Source of the DNA: an uncultured Armatimonadetes bacterium
GTDB lineage: Bacteria; Armatimonadota; UBA5829
Assembly (NCBI GenBank): GCA_963711155.1
Contig: CAVQDB010000005.1
Location: forward strand, 899,298 to 963,297
Length of the DNA: 64,000 nucleotides
Direction of reading: 5' to 3'
The position numbers and the translations under genes are program-made. Below, in pieces: positions 19,190 to 31,072 of the stretch. Every line of letters starts with the position of its first letter. Within the stretch, counting starts at the first letter, position 1. Below the pieces are notes generated by a model. It worked only from the letters and a program-made list of their open reading frames with translations, did no database searches and had not been told where the DNA came from.

Positions 19190-21624
19190 TCAACGCACCG
19201 TATCCACGCGGATGGTCTCGCCGTCCGTCGTGATCGTCACCGCGCCGCACTGGCCCGTTATGTAGGTCCTGGCGCCAGAGGTTCTGAGGCGGTCGAGGGT
19301 CAGATGAGAGGGAAAATGGTATTGGCTTCGGCGCGCGCACGAGATCACCGCGATCTGGGGACGCACCGCCCCAAGCCACTCGGAGCTAGTCGCCTGACGC
19401 GACCCATGATGTCCCACCTGCAGAACCTGCGCCCGCACGTTCAGGCCGGCTTTGATCATATCCTGCTCCGCCGCGTCGCTTGCATCGGCCGTCAACAGGA
19501 TCGCAACTTTCTTGTAGGTAAGGCGCAGCACGATGGAGCGGTCGTTGAGGTTCGGGTAGCGCACATCCGACACGGGGTTCAGAACCCGCGCGCGCACGCC
19601 GTCACCCATGTCAATCATCTGCCCGCGCCGCGCGACTCGAAACCTCGCGCGACTGTCCTTGACCGCCCCGGTAAACGCCCTGTATTCGGGAGCCCTGCAT
19701 TTCGCGCCGCAATCGAGAACGAGTTCGGCCGGCTCCGACTTGAACAGGCCGGGGAATCCAACGTCGTGGTCCAGATGAGGGTGGCTCAGCACCGCCACAT
19801 CGATGGAGTCCAACCCCAGCCGCTGCAGATACGGCGCGACCAGCTTCGATCCGACCTCGGCGTTGTGGTCGCCCCAGCTCGACGTGCCGCAGTCCATCAG
19901 AAGCGTGTGGCCGGCGGGCGTGCGCACGACCGTGCACAGCCCGTCGCCGACGTCGAGGAAGGTGACCTGCAAGTTGTGAGGCGCGCCGAGAAGCACGCTC
20001 AGCCACAGCCCCGCCGCAACCGCCGCCACAACCCCTAAGACCCGAACGCGGTTATCTCGCAGCAACTTTCGACCTCACAAACCCCGCCACCCCATAGAGC
20101 ACGACGTAGTAACCCACAATCGCCAGCACGCCCGGCGACTGCACCGACACCGAGCTGTATCTCATCGACCCGAGGTAATCGACCGACGACAGCATCGCGC
20201 GAGTCGAGACCGTGCCCAACCCTCCGATCCAGTGCGCGCAGTGCGGAATGTGGGCGGTTATCGGCGAGATGAAGCTGTCGATGAACACCACCGGCACCCC
20301 GAACGCCACCGCCAGGTTTGCAGGCACGGACACGAGCGAGATGTAGTTGAAGTAGAACGCCACTATCGGCGCCGTCGCGAGGCTCACGGCCAACGTCGCG
20401 ATCCCAACCGATGCCAGTTCCCGTGCAAACCACGACGCGCCTGACCCTCGCCGTTCTCGACAGCCACGGCTCATGCGGCCGCCAGCGTGGTCGTCGCCCC
20501 ACCCCACGCAGCGGCGTCTGTTCGAGCAGCGTCTCCAACACCGGCGCGACCGCGATCAGCCCCAGCACCGCCAGGAACGACAACTGGAACCCGATGTCGA
20601 ACAGATGCGACGGATTGAACAGCAGCACCAGAAACGCCGCCACGTAGAACAGGTTCTTGTAGTCGGGAACGCGCTTGAACGGCGCTGCGAGCAGCACGAG
20701 GATCGCCATCACCGCCGCCCGCAGCATAGACGGCACCGGCCCCACCATCAGCAGATACAGCGCGATCAGCAGCACCATTACGCCCCACCTGTATCGCGGC
20801 AGCACTCGCAACAACCTCAACAGCGGCGAAGCAATGATCAGCAACACCAGGCAGTTGTATCCCGACGCCGCCAGCACGTGCAAGGTCCCCGTCCGGGTGA
20901 AGTCCCGGAGCGTGTCATCGTCGAGGTACGCGTATGTTCCGAGCACAACGCCGGACATCACCGACGCGACCTCCCGCGAATGAATCCGGTAGATCGACGA
21001 GACCAGATACCTCTTCCCCGCGAAAGCCGCCCGCACGATGCTGTGGGAGCTGCTCTTGCTGAGGACAGTCACCCGCGAACGGTCCCGAACCGACGCGCAG
21101 CAGTAGATCCCGTGCCGCTCGAGGTAGTTCTTCCAGGAAAACTGGCCGGGGTTCGTCGGCTCGTAGGGGATGTACGGATGCACTGCCAGCCTGAGCCTGT
21201 CACCGTATTCCAGCCGGGGAAGGCTCTGTTCGGGCGCAAGATACATCGTGACCATCACGTCCCCGCTCGCGGCACGCCATTTGTCGCCCACCCGCGCCCG
21301 GCTCACACGAAAGCTCAATCGCCTGGAATCCGGCGCGCCGCCGATATCCGAGGCGACCGTGCCCTCGATCGCCCTCACCTGCCGGCAGAATCGCGACACG
21401 TCATCGGGCGCGACAGACCGGTCCGCGGCGTATCTCAGCGCCCCGCACACGACGACGGCGGCAACCAGCAGCAGCGTCGCGCGGCGCTGGGCCGGCACCA
21501 TCAGCAGTCCCAGCAGCGCTGCCGACGCCGCCACCAGCGCGCAGCCCGCAAGGCCGAATCGATCGCCCGCCAGTATCCCGGCCGCAAACGCGACGGCCAC
21601 CACGGCCATGCGTCTCTCCGGCAC
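19190..21624 (-). CDS. comEC: DNA internalisation competence protein ComEC/Rec2 (membrane Competence domain + MBL-fold domain), 1-2 frame breaks
   Basis: The polytopic Competence domain is in ORFs 20035..21624 and 20052..20507, with a break near ~20480. The MBL domain 'LQVTFLDVGDG...HPHLDHDVG...LQVGHHGS' is in ORF 19190..20065. That ORF overlaps the membrane part by 14 nt in another frame. Confidence 0.8.
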
Positions 21625-21695
21625 GCCAAGCCCTCCTCATCCCGGTGTGTGATGCTTCGGCGCTCACTTTTCGCGCCAAAGCTCAACGCTGCCTA

Positions 21696-21724
21696 ATTCT
21701 ACATGCGATTTGCATGAACGGCAA
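21696..21724 (-). promoter_or_regulatory. Putative sigma70-type promoter for comEC
   Basis: Minus strand reads TTGCCG, 17 nt, TAGAAT, about 70 nt upstream of the start at 21624. Confidence 0.45.
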
Positions 21725-21987
21725 GGGTTTGCCGGACACCGGCAGGGGTACATACTTGGATGACAAGTTAATAGCTGGTTTCCCTTTGTCCGGGCTGATC
21801 CACGAGCCTTCTATATGTAGCCTGCGCTCTTTGGGCGTGGGTGGTGTATAGGAGGTTAGCGGTAGACTCTTGTTGGGTGATTCGACCCATTGTCGTCTTG
21901 TTTGATGGGAGTCCTCGCTACGCCGGTCGGTTAATCCCGATCTGTGACCGAGCTAAGGCCCGGGCATTTTGACGTACGAGGTCAGAC

Positions 21988-22030
21988 GAAAACAAACGAA
22001 GCCCACTCGTAAGTGGGCTTCGTTTGTTTT
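21988..22030. terminator. Bidirectional intrinsic terminator
   Basis: GAAAACAAACGAAGCCCACT-CGTA-AGTGGGCTTCGTTTGTTTT: a perfect 19-bp stem with A/T runs on both sides. Lies immediately 3' of tRNA-Pro on the minus strand. Confidence 0.85.
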
Positions 22031-22032
22031 AG

Positions 22033-22109
<77 letters not shown>

Positions 22110-22121
22110 CCGACCTCATTG

Positions 22122-22151
22122 ATTATACCATCCCGCGCACGCGTTACGCAA
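22122..22151 (-). promoter_or_regulatory. Putative promoter of tRNA-Pro
   Basis: Minus strand reads TTGCGT, 18 nt, (TGg)TATAAT. The -10 ends about 12 nt before the mature 5' end. Confidence 0.5.
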
Positions 22152-22170
22152 CCAGCCGCGAACGCGCGTA

Positions 22171-22199
22171 TTGCATAGATGAGTCCGTCTTGGTAGAAT
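22171..22199 (+). promoter_or_regulatory. Putative sigma70-type promoter of the polytopic membrane protein gene
   Basis: TTGCAT, 17 nt, TAGAAT. A REP-B arm (22205-22245) follows and overlaps the annotated start. Confidence 0.5.
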
Positions 22200-22211
22200 T
22201 GATCTGCCCCC

Positions 22212-24222
22212 GTGGATGCTGAAACGAGTTCGAGCATGACATGGGATGGAGGACCGCACCGCGTGAAGACAGTAGGCAAGCTCAAGGACGCCGGCGTAAC
22301 CTGGGTCGCCATCGTTATCGCGCTTCCGCTCATAGTCGTAAACAACCTCTGGATCACCGTGATAGAGGTGCGGTGGTATGCGCTCGACGGCACGTGCCTG
22401 CCGCTCTTCATCACGCCGGTCTTCATCCTTTTCGTCCTGTCACTGTGCAACCTCGTAGTCAGGCGAGTCGCGCCTCGGATCGCTCTGTCGAGAGGTGAGC
22501 TGCTGACGATCTACATCATGGTCGTGATGGGGGCGTGCCTGGCCTCGCACGACATGATACAGAACCTGTTCGGCACGCTCGGCCATCCCGCGCAGTTCGC
22601 CGACGACAGCAACCAGTACCAGAAGCTCTTCTGGCGGTATCTTCCGCACAACGGCAATATGTTCGTGTGGGACAAGGTCGCCCTGAAAGGCTTCTACGGC
22701 GGCGGGGTGGACCCGTTTGTCTGGTCCATCCTACGGGTACTGGATCGCGCCGCTTGCGATCTGGGGATCGCTGGTAGTAGTGCTGATCTCCATGATGCTT
22801 GCGATCAACGTTCTGATCCGCAAGCAGTGGACCGAGAACGAGAAACTCGTATTCCCGCTCGTTCAACTACCGATCGCCATGACCGCCGAGGATTCCGGGC
22901 CGAAGTTCTACGCGAACAAGCTGATGTGGATCGGGTTTGGCATGGCATTCCTGATAGGGCTGATCAATGGTCTTCACGTGCTCTATCCATCGATGCCTGT
23001 GATCGAGGGGATCAAAGCGTACGATCTGGCTCCGACGTTCGCGAACCGGCCATGGAACGCGATGAATGTTGGCGGCAACGGGTTCAAGACGGCCGCGTAC
23101 CCATTCACCATCGGCCTGGTTTACTTCATCCCGCTCGATCTGAGCTTCTCCTGCTGGTTCTTCTATATCGCCCGCAAGCTCTGGCAGGTGTTCGGGGCCA
23201 CAATGGGATGGGATACCGCCGGCAACACGGGCTTCCCGTATTGGGATGCGCAGTCGTCGGGCGCGTGGCTGGCGTTGAGCATCGTCATCGTCATCGGGAC
23301 AGTGCCCCACCTCAAGAGCGTCTGGCGGCAGGCATTCCGCCCTGAGGGCACGCCCGAGGAGATCTCGGAGGCGAGCCTCTACCGCAAGTCGTTCTATCGT
23401 TCTTGGTTTCGGCAGCCTGTTTCTGATCGCGCTCGGAGTCTACATGCACCTGCCCGTATACCTCGCGATCATATTCTTCGCCCTCTACTTCCTGCTCTCC
23501 ATCGCCATGACCAGGGTCCGCGCGGAACTCGGCACCCCGCACGAGATCGTGTTCGTCAATCCGCAGCAGATCATGCTCAGCTTGCTCGGGTTCAACTTCA
23601 TCGGCGTGCAGAGCATGACCATCCTGCAGAGCATGTACTGGTTCAACCGCTGCTATCGCAGCCACCCCATGCCCAACCAACTCGAAGCGATGAAGATGGC
23701 CGAGGGAACCAAGATCAGGCTACGACCGCTCATATTCGTGCTCATGCTGTCGGCAGTCGTCGGACTGCTTGCGAGCTACTGGGCAAACCTGCACGTGACG
23801 TACGATGCCGGAGCGACGGCGAAATGCCTGGGCTTCAAGCGTGGGTCGGGGCGGAGTCGTTCGACCGCCTCTCCAACTGGATCAAGAACAAGCCGACTAC
23901 CGACCTGCCCTGGATGCTGCACATGGTCGCGGGAGCGCTGATCGTCGTCGGGCTCAAGTCCATGCGCGGCGCGTTCGTCAACTGGCCGTTCCACCCCGCC
24001 GGCTATGCGCTCGCGATCAGCTACGCGATGGACTACTTCTGGTTCGCGTTCTTCGTGGGCTGGCTGGTCAAGCTCATCATCATCCGATACGGCGGCATGA
24101 AACTGCACAACACGTTCGTGCCGTTCTTCCTGGGGCTCATACTCGGTGACTTCTCCATCGGCTCGATCTGGGCGATCATCGGCCCCATCATCCACACGCA
24201 GTGCTACAAGATATTCATCTAG
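22212..24222 (+). CDS. Large polytopic membrane protein of unknown function (DUF-only type family), about 3 frame breaks
   Basis: Hydrophobic pieces lie in ORFs 22212..23345 (first ~170 aa), 22717..24222, 23444..23941 and the 3' part of 22717..24222. Breaks are near ~22720, ~23400 and ~23830. The first 8 codons are REP-B sequence, so the start may be the ATG at 22236. Confidence 0.6.
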
Positions 24223-26395
24223 AGGTCCGAGGTTTGAGGTTCGAGGTCATCGAAGTCCGAAGTCCGAGGTCTAATGGCAGCCTGCTGAACAACTGCGGCG
24301 GGCGCGCCACCGGCCTTCGTCGAGGCCGGCCAACTCAGCACCACGGTGACTACACCCAGGCTCAGGAGCCCACCGCGCTCGCCGAAGACCGGCACGTGCT
24401 CGGCCAGGCGGCAGGCCGTCGATGTGAGAAGGTAGGCAGAGAAGCGCGGATGCGTCTTGCCCATCTGCGCCGGGAACGCAAGGTCGCCCACACCGCGAAT
24501 CGGCGACATGATCAGCGCCGTCCCGTACGGCACGTCACGGTGCAAAAGGCCCATGACGGCGCAGAAGAAGAAACGCGCTATCCCGCCCGGCGAGACCAGC
24601 AGCACGACCGCCAACGCGGCGACCTTGCCCCAAAGGCTGATGTCGCCTGCGTGCACTTGGTAGTGCTTTGCCAGTTGGATCCCAAACACCCCGAGGAGCA
24701 GGTAGACCCACTCGGAACGCACCGTGGCCACGAAGATCAGGCCGGTGACGTACTGCTGGACTGTTTTGTGGCCGGCTATGCGAACGAACTCCTCGGCATC
24801 GTCCGGCGTGATCACGCCTCGCTTCACGTCCGCCGCGGTACGGCTGGCTACCCAGTCTTCGTTGACTTGGCGCCGGTAAGCCGACACGAAGATATAGCGA
24901 AAGGGACTCGTGAACAGCCGGCGCCAGCAATCCAACTGGTAGCTCCAGTCGGTGAAGAACCGCTGCCACGCCCCGGGCATCCATCCGCAGAGCATGCGGT
25001 CGGCGAAGTAGCACGGTAATGAGTCCAGACACTTGCCGGCACGGCGCTCGGTGGTGCGGCCGTCCAGTACCCGGCCTTCACAGCGCCGGTACGCTGCCGG
25101 TCGAGGTCCTCGCGCCGATAGGCGCCCTCGCGCCGGAAGCGCGAGACGTGCCGCCGATAGTCAACATTACCGAGCCATTTCTGTAAGCGCAGGCCCAGCA
25201 GTGGGATGATGCTCAGCAGGAGGTGACCGGTGTAGCGCGCGGAACTGCGCTCCAGGCGATCGCGAGTCTTGGCGTCGATACGGCCGGAACGGTGCCAATA
25301 CTCCACCACGCCGGCAGCGATGTCACCGCGCAGGCTGCGGTCGCTCAGAATGCGCAAGCGGTGGGTGCACCAATCCACTTGCGTGCGCCGATAACGCCGG
25401 TCGGCGGCTTCCAATCGGTCAGCCAGTTCCTCCCATTCGCCGCGGTTCGGCGCCTTGGGCCACGCCCGGAGCTTGCGGTAGTTGATGCGGTCGAAGGGCG
25501 GGATGGACCCGCGCGCGAACGCCCGCGCCAGCAGCGCGAAGTCACCGATGGACAGGAGCAGACCGGGCAAGCCGGGGCGGCGGTCCACCCACACGAAGTC
25601 CGGCTCGCCCGCGGGGCCACTTCCATCGCGGCGCGTAAGCACGTTCGGCTGGCTGGCGCCCGTCCACCAGTCGACCTGCCGCAGGAGGTCGTCGAGACCC
25701 ATCTCCCGGCAGAGCGAGCAGAGACGCGCCATGAAACGCCGCTTGTGAGACATCTCATCGCTCGGCTGCAGCAGGTCGGCTTCGCTGGCAGCTCCACGGC
25801 GGATCGCCTTACGAACTCGGCGGTTGTGCGCCCGGCGCAGCAGGATCTGGTCGTCGGGCACCGGCTCCGTCACACCGCCGGATACCCACTCGTTCACCTC
25901 GGCGAAAGCGCCGACGTGCTCGTCCCAGAACGTGCCGTAGAACTCGTTGATAGGCCGGGCGCTGCCCATCGTCGCTTGGCAGGCGATCTGGAGCAATCGC
26001 GTCAGCGGCAGCCCGGCTCTTACGGAATCCTCGTTGAATTGGTAAGGGAAGGGTGTCAGGAAGCAGAGGCGGTATAGGATATCGCGGAACATGCGTCGCA
26101 GCCCGCTGCGCGGCGAGAAGAACTTCAGCGCGACGACCTGCCCAGCGGCCACGGAACCGCCCGCCGTCGCGACGCAGTGCGCTCGATAGACCTGCCCGGC
26201 AAACCCCCCGCCGCAGTAACCCTCGATCTCGAACTCGGTGGCGTACTCACGGTCCTCGGCGTCCTTCACCTGGGCCTGTACACGGTCGCCGGCATCGTAA
26301 CCGCCTGGGCGCAGGATGCCCCGTAACCGCTGCAACAAGCTCGATCGTGGGGGTTCTTCACCCGGTGTCATATTCCGCTGAGAGATCAACTGCAT
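24219..26395 (-). CDS. ABC1/UbiB-like atypical kinase-fold protein with C-terminal multi-TM domain, one frame break near ~25000-25080
   Basis: Gly-rich loop plus Lys: 'GGGFAGQVYRA...VVALKFFSPRSGLRRMFRDILYRL' in ORF 24848..26437. The C-terminal TM region is in ORF 24219..24995. ATG at 26395 shares one base with the TAA stop of the upstream transporter. Confidence 0.5.
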
Positions 26396-27527
26396 TACCT
26401 CAAGACTGCGGGTTGTGCGGGGGCAACGGCCCGGCATTCTCTGGGCCTGATGTCGTACTTCCGAACAAGTTCCCGGCAGATCGCGGCAACGGGTGGCGCA
26501 AGGAACATCCCCGCGATCCCAAAGAACTCCGCGCCGATCAGCAGCGCTACTATGATGACAGCGGGATGGAGCTGCAATCTGTACCCGATCAACTGCGGCA
26601 TAATGAACTTGCTCTCTATGAAGTGCATAGCGATGACGAAGAGCAGCAGGTATACCGGGATGTCGAACCGGCCGGGATACTCAGCGCGCCCACCAGCACG
26701 ATCGGAACCCCGCTCACGACGGGACCGATAATGGGTATGGCGCGAGTAATGCCGGCGAACAGCGCCAGCACGACAATGAACTTCATGTGCAGCCCGGGAA
26801 TGCTCAAGACCCCCCCAGTCAGCACTCCCGCGATCACACACAGTATCAACTGCCCGAAGATGTAGTTCTGCAGCATCGCTCCGGCCATGCGACCTATCCT
26901 CACCGCCTCGCGGCGCTTGGGGCGCGGTAGGAGCGCGTAGAACTCGCTCGTGACGGATCGATAGTCGAACACGAAATAGAACGCAAGCACCGGCACAAGC
27001 ACGAGCTCGACGACCACGCGTATGGACGAGCCGGCAAGATGCAGCAGCCATTCCCCGATCCTTGCCGCCAGATCACCATACTTCGACAGGTCCGGCCTCT
27101 TCATGAACTCCTGAACGTCCAGATTCGACTGGAACGCCTCCACTACCCGGTTCAAAGGCCCCGCCAGCTTTCCCACATACTGGTTGATCATGTTCGTGAA
27201 TTCGCCCAGTTCCGATAGGAATGGCACGATGAAGAGGCTGAGCATCGCCGCCAGGAGAGCCACGAAAACGCAGAACACCATGATCGTGGCAACGAGCCGG
27301 CGCGCCTTGGGACGAAGCCGCCCGCGCCGCCTCCTGCACAACCATTCGACCCCGGGCAGCAGAATGTATGTCAGCACAACCGCCAGGAACACCGACAGGA
27401 TGATCGAACGGATCCGGTAGAGTATGTAGCCCAAAAGGACCAGCAGGCCGAGAAACAGCGCCCACCTGGCCACTCGCCGGATGATTTCCCACGTTGACTC
27501 GACTCTGCTCAGCGCACTGCTGTCCAT
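26395..27527 (-). CDS. AI-2E family transporter (PerM/YdiK-like), one frame break near ~26650
   Basis: Polytopic, with 'QLILCVIAGVLTGGVL...ITRAIPIIGPVVSGVPIVLV' in ORF 26616..27527 and 'FIESKFIMPQLIGYRLQLHPAVIIVALLIGAEFFGIAGMFLAPPV' in ORF 26395..27051. Confidence 0.75.
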
Positions 27528-27565
27528 CCTTCGATACGCTCGTTTCTCGCTACTCAGGACTTGCG
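27528..27565. repeat. REP-A copy overlapping the 3' end of wecB
   Basis: CCTTCGATACGCTCGTTTCTCGCTACTCAGGACTTGC. The arm GCAAGTCCTGAGTAG (identical at 4847-4860) supplies the last codons and the TGA stop of wecB. Confidence 0.85.
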
Positions 27566-28684
27566 GGGTACAAACCGGGCCCGGATTATCTCCCAGATCC
27601 TCTCCGCCGCGTGTCCGTCGCCGTACGGGTTCTCGACCTTCGCCATAGCCTCATACGCCTTATCATCGCTCAGCAGTTTCTGCGTCTCGCGAACGATTGT
27701 CTCGACATCCGTCCCCACGAGCTTCAGGTTCCCTGACCCGACGCCCTCGGGCCGCTCGGTAGTCTTGCGAAGCACAAGAACAGGTTTCCCCAGCGATGGG
27801 GCTTCCTCCTGCAAACCGCCGGAATCCGTCAGGATCAGATATGACGCCTTCATCAGGTGCACGAACGGCACATAGTCCGGCGGCTCGATCAATATCACGC
27901 GCTCGAGGCCGTCCAGTTCCGGATAGACCGTATCGCGCACGATCGGGTTCTTATGCACTGCGTAGACGACGGTCACGTCGGGATTGCGCCTGACGATCTC
28001 CTTGACCGCGAGGCAGATATCGCGGATCGGCTCGCCCCAGTTCTCGCGGCGGTGAGCCGTCATCAGGATCACCCTGCCCGACCTGGCGGCCGCCTCGATC
28101 CGCTCGTCGGTGAGAGCGTGATCTCGCGCGGCGATGCTCAGCAGCGCGTCGATCACCGTGTTGCCGGTGACGAATACGTTCTCTTCTCTTGCGCCCTCGG
28201 CGAGCAGATTCCTTTTGGAGAGCTCCGTCGGCGCGAAGTGCAGGTCCGCCATCACGCTCGTCAGGCGGCGGTTCATCTCCTCCGGGAACGGGTCATACTT
28301 ATTATCGGTGCGCAGTCCCGCCTCAACATGCCCGAACGGCGTCTTGTTGTAGAACGCGGCCAGGCTTGCCACGAACGTCGTCGTGGTGTCGCCCTGCGCG
28401 AGTATCAAGCCGGGCTGAACCTGCCTGATGACGCTATCCAGCCCTTCGAGGGCGCGCGTGGTGATCTGCGAGAGGGTCTGCCGCGCGGACATGATGTTGA
28501 GGTCGAAATCGGGGTGCAGGTCGAACGCGTCAAGGACCTGAACGAGCATCTCGCGGTGCTGGCCGGTGACTGCGAGGACCAGTTCTACTTCGTCGGAGTG
28601 CCGCTTCAACTCGTTGATGACCGGCGCCATCTTCACCGTGTCGGGCCGCGTGCCACAGACCGCCAGAACCTTGAATGCTGCCAT
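27554..28684 (-). CDS. wecB: UDP-N-acetylglucosamine 2-epimerase (non-hydrolysing)
   Basis: Intact 376-aa ORF with 'KVLAVCGTRPDTVKMAP', 'QGDTTT', 'HVEAGLRT' and 'TDSGGLQEEAPSLGKPVLVLR'. Confidence 0.9.
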   Translation of the reverse strand: MAAFKVLAVCGTRPDTVKMAPVINELKRHSDEVELVLAVTGQHREMLVQVLDAFDLHPDFDLNIMSARQTLSQITTRALEGLDSVIRQVQPGLILAQGDTTTTFVASLAAFYNKTPFGHVEAGLRTDNKYDPFPEEMNRRLTSVMADLHFAPTELSKRNLLAEGAREENVFVTGNTVIDALLSIAARDHALTDERIEAAARSGRVILMTAHRRENWGEPIRDICLAVKEIVRRNPDVTVVYAVHKNPIVRDTVYPELDGLERVILIEPPDYVPFVHLMKASYLILTDSGGLQEEAPSLGKPVLVLRKTTERPEGVGSGNLKLVGTDVETIVRETQKLLSDDKAYEAMAKVENPYGDGHAAERIWEIIRARFVPRKS

Positions 28685-28688
28685 CGGC

Positions 28689-29678
28689 CTACATCCCCAC
28701 CCGGCTCAGATGCAGGAATATGAGATAGGCAATCCCGCAAGATATGATGGCCAGCGCGTAGATGCACCAGATCACCTGGCGATGCGAGAGGCCCATCTTG
28801 ACCAGCCGATGGTGCAGGTGGGTCGTGTCCGCCTCGCCGATCTTCTTGCCCGACGTCGCCCGCCGCAGCACAACGAAAGTCGTATCGAACAACGGCACCG
28901 CCAGGATCAGCACCGGCACCGCCACGGCCAGCATCGCGGTGATCTTCATCGTGCCCAGGATCGATATTCCGGCCAGCGTGAAGCCAAGAAACTGAGCGCC
29001 CACCGTCCCCATGAACACCTTCGCGGGCGGATAGTTGTATCGCAGGAACCCCACCGCCGCCCCAAACAGCGCCGCCGCCATCACCGCCGACATCTGCCTC
29101 GTGGCGAAGTGCGCGGCCATGACCATCAGCGTCAGCGCGGCTATTGCCGAGATTCCCGCCGCGAGACCGTCGAGGCCGTCCATGCAGTCCACGGCCTTCG
29201 TCACCATCAACACCCACATCATGGTGATCGGTATGCTCGCCCACGGCGCGAACTTCACGTGAATCGGGCTTGTGATCTCGGTGATCTGCACCCCGAACAG
29301 CGACAGGACGAGCGCCGCGCCGAGTATGCTGCCCGCCTGGACCCATCCCGGCAGCTCGAATCTGTCGTCGAGGATACCCATCAGCGCCACCAGCGTTCCG
29401 CCCACGAGAATCCCCAGCACCATGTGCCTCTGGACGGCAACAAACTGCTTCTGAGCTTCGGTGACCGGCTGCGGCAGCAGCATATACACGACGCCGACCG
29501 CCGCGATGAACGCAACGTACATCGCCAACCCACCCATCAATGGGGTCGGGCGGGCGTGCACGCGTCTGCCGCCGGGGTGCGCGACAATGCCCCGCCTCTC
29601 CGCAAAGCGGCGAACAACGGGGGTCAGTATAAATGCAACGACCGCGGCAATCCCCGCGGCTATCAGGTTGAGGACCAT
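28689..29678 (-). CDS. MraY/WecA-family polyprenyl-phosphate GlcNAc-1-phosphate transferase (WecA/TagO-like)
   Basis: Intact 329-aa polytopic ORF with 'HARPTPLMGGLAMY', 'ILDDRFELP', 'AVDCMDGLDGLAAG' and 'HLHHRL'. Confidence 0.85.
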   Translation of the reverse strand: MVLNLIAAGIAAVVAFILTPVVRRFAERRGIVAHPGGRRVHARPTPLMGGLAMYVAFIAAVGVVYMLLPQPVTEAQKQFVAVQRHMVLGILVGGTLVALMGILDDRFELPGWVQAGSILGAALVLSLFGVQITEITSPIHVKFAPWASIPITMMWVLMVTKAVDCMDGLDGLAAGISAIAALTLMVMAAHFATRQMSAVMAAALFGAAVGFLRYNYPPAKVFMGTVGAQFLGFTLAGISILGTMKITAMLAVAVPVLILAVPLFDTTFVVLRRATSGKKIGEADTTHLHHRLVKMGLSHRQVIWCIYALAIISCGIAYLIFLHLSRVGM

Positions 29679-29687
29679 AAAGCTTGT

Positions 29688-29745
29688 GTCATCCTGAACT
29701 TGATTCAGGAACCACGCCTGGATGCTGAAACGAGTTCAGCATGAC
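29688..29745. repeat. REP-B element (two inverted arms)
   Basis: GTCATCCTGAACTTGATTCAGGAACC...GGATGCTGAAACGAGTTCAGCATGAC, lying between the wecA-like start and the glyA stop. Confidence 0.9.
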
Positions 29746-29756
29746 AAGGCACTGCG

Positions 29757-31055
29757 CTAGTAGACGGGGAAGGCGTCGGCCAGCGCCCGTGCTTCCCTTG
29801 CGACCTCCTGTCGCGCGGCGACCGCCGCCGGCGCCTCGCCGAGATTCGTAAGGCAGCGCACGATCAGGCCGGCGATGGTCTGCATGTCGCTCTCGGTCAT
29901 GCCGCGCGTGGTAACGCAGGGCGTCCCGATGCGGATGCCGCTGGTAACCATCGGCTTTTCCTTATCGAACGGGATCATGTTCTTGTTGACCACGATCCCG
30001 ACCTCATCCAGCGCCTCCTGGGCGATCTTCCCGGTGATGCCGAGCGGCGTCACGTCGGCCAGCATCAGATGATTGTCCGTGCCGCCGCTGACGAGCCTCA
30101 AGCCGCGCTTCGCCAGCCCATCGGCCAGAGCCGCGGCGTTCCGGCGAATCGCGCGCTGGTAGTCGGTAAATGATGGCTCCATCGCTTCCTTGAGGCACAC
30201 CGCCTTCGCCGCTATCACGTGCATCAGCGGCCCGCCCTGCAGGCCGGGGAACACGGCCTTATCGATTGCCTTTGCGTGCTCGGCCTTGCACAGAATCATA
30301 CCCGAGCGCGGCCCGCGCAGCGTCTTGTGTGTCGTAAACGTCACCACATCGCAGTAAGGCACGGGAGACGGATGCTCACCCGCCGCCACCAGCCCGGCGA
30401 TGTGCGCGATATCGGCCATCAGTATCGCTCCGACCGCGTCCGCGATCTTGCGAAAGCGCTCGAAGTCGATGATGCGAGGATAGGCGGTCGCGCCTGTCAT
30501 GATCACGCGCGGGCGGCACTCCTTTGCCAACCGCTCGATCTCGTCGTAGTCGAACACCTCGGTTGTCGGGCTGACGCCGTAGTAGCACGGCTTGTAGAGA
30601 ATCCCAGAGAAGTTTACGGCGCTGCCGTGCGTAAGGTGCCCGCCGTGGGCCAGTTCCATCGCCAGGAACGTGTCGCCCGGCTGCATGAACGCGAAATAGG
30701 CCGCCATGTTCGCCTGGGAGCCGGCGTGCGGCTGGACGTTAGCGTGATCGGCCCCGAAAAGCTCCTTTGCGCGCTCGATGGCGATCGCTTCCACGACATC
30801 GACGTTCTCGCACCCGCCGTAGTAGCGCCTGTTGGGGTAACCTTCGGCGTATTTGTTGGTGAGCACCGAGCCGGTCGCTTCCAACACCGCGCGGCTTACG
30901 TAGTTCTCCGATGCGATGAGCAGTATCTTATGGTTCTGCCGGTCGATATCCGCCTGAATCGCTTCCGCGATCTCCGGATCCACCTGCGACAGCGGCAGGT
31001 CCAGCCCTTTTGCTATGGCACGCTCGCTAACTCCCAACTCGTTCCTCCCTTGCAC
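29757..31055 (-). CDS. glyA: Serine hydroxymethyltransferase
   Basis: Intact 432-aa ORF with 'LIASENY', '[11 protein letters not shown]' and the PLP site '[12 protein letters not shown]'. Confidence 0.95.
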   Translation of the reverse strand: MQGRNELGVSERAIAKGLDLPLSQVDPEIAEAIQADIDRQNHKILLIASENYVSRAVLEATGSVLTNKYAEGYPNRRYYGGCENVDVVEAIAIERAKELFGADHANVQPHAGSQANMAAYFAFMQPGDTFLAMELAHGGHLTHGSAVNFSGILYKPCYYGVSPTTEVFDYDEIERLAKECRPRVIMTGATAYPRIIDFERFRKIADAVGAILMADIAHIAGLVAAGEHPSPVPYCDVVTFTTHKTLRGPRSGMILCKAEHAKAIDKAVFPGLQGGPLMHVIAAKAVCLKEAMEPSFTDYQRAIRRNAAALADGLAKRGLRLVSGGTDNHLMLADVTPLGITGKIAQEALDEVGIVVNKNMIPFDKEKPMVTSGIRIGTPCVTTRGMTESDMQTIAGLIVRCLTNLGEAPAAVAARQEVAREARALADAFPVY

Positions 31056-31072
31056 TCACAGAGTGCATCGCT

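Noticed and set aside
21725-21987. SRP RNA, RNase P RNA, tmRNA or 6S RNA in the AT-richer gap
   Set aside because: I could not find the diagnostic motifs on either strand. Those are the SRP GGAAG/AGCAG domain IV, the RNase P GAGGAAAGUCC, and the tmRNA tRNA-like end or tag ORF. It is kept only as a low-confidence sRNA candidate.
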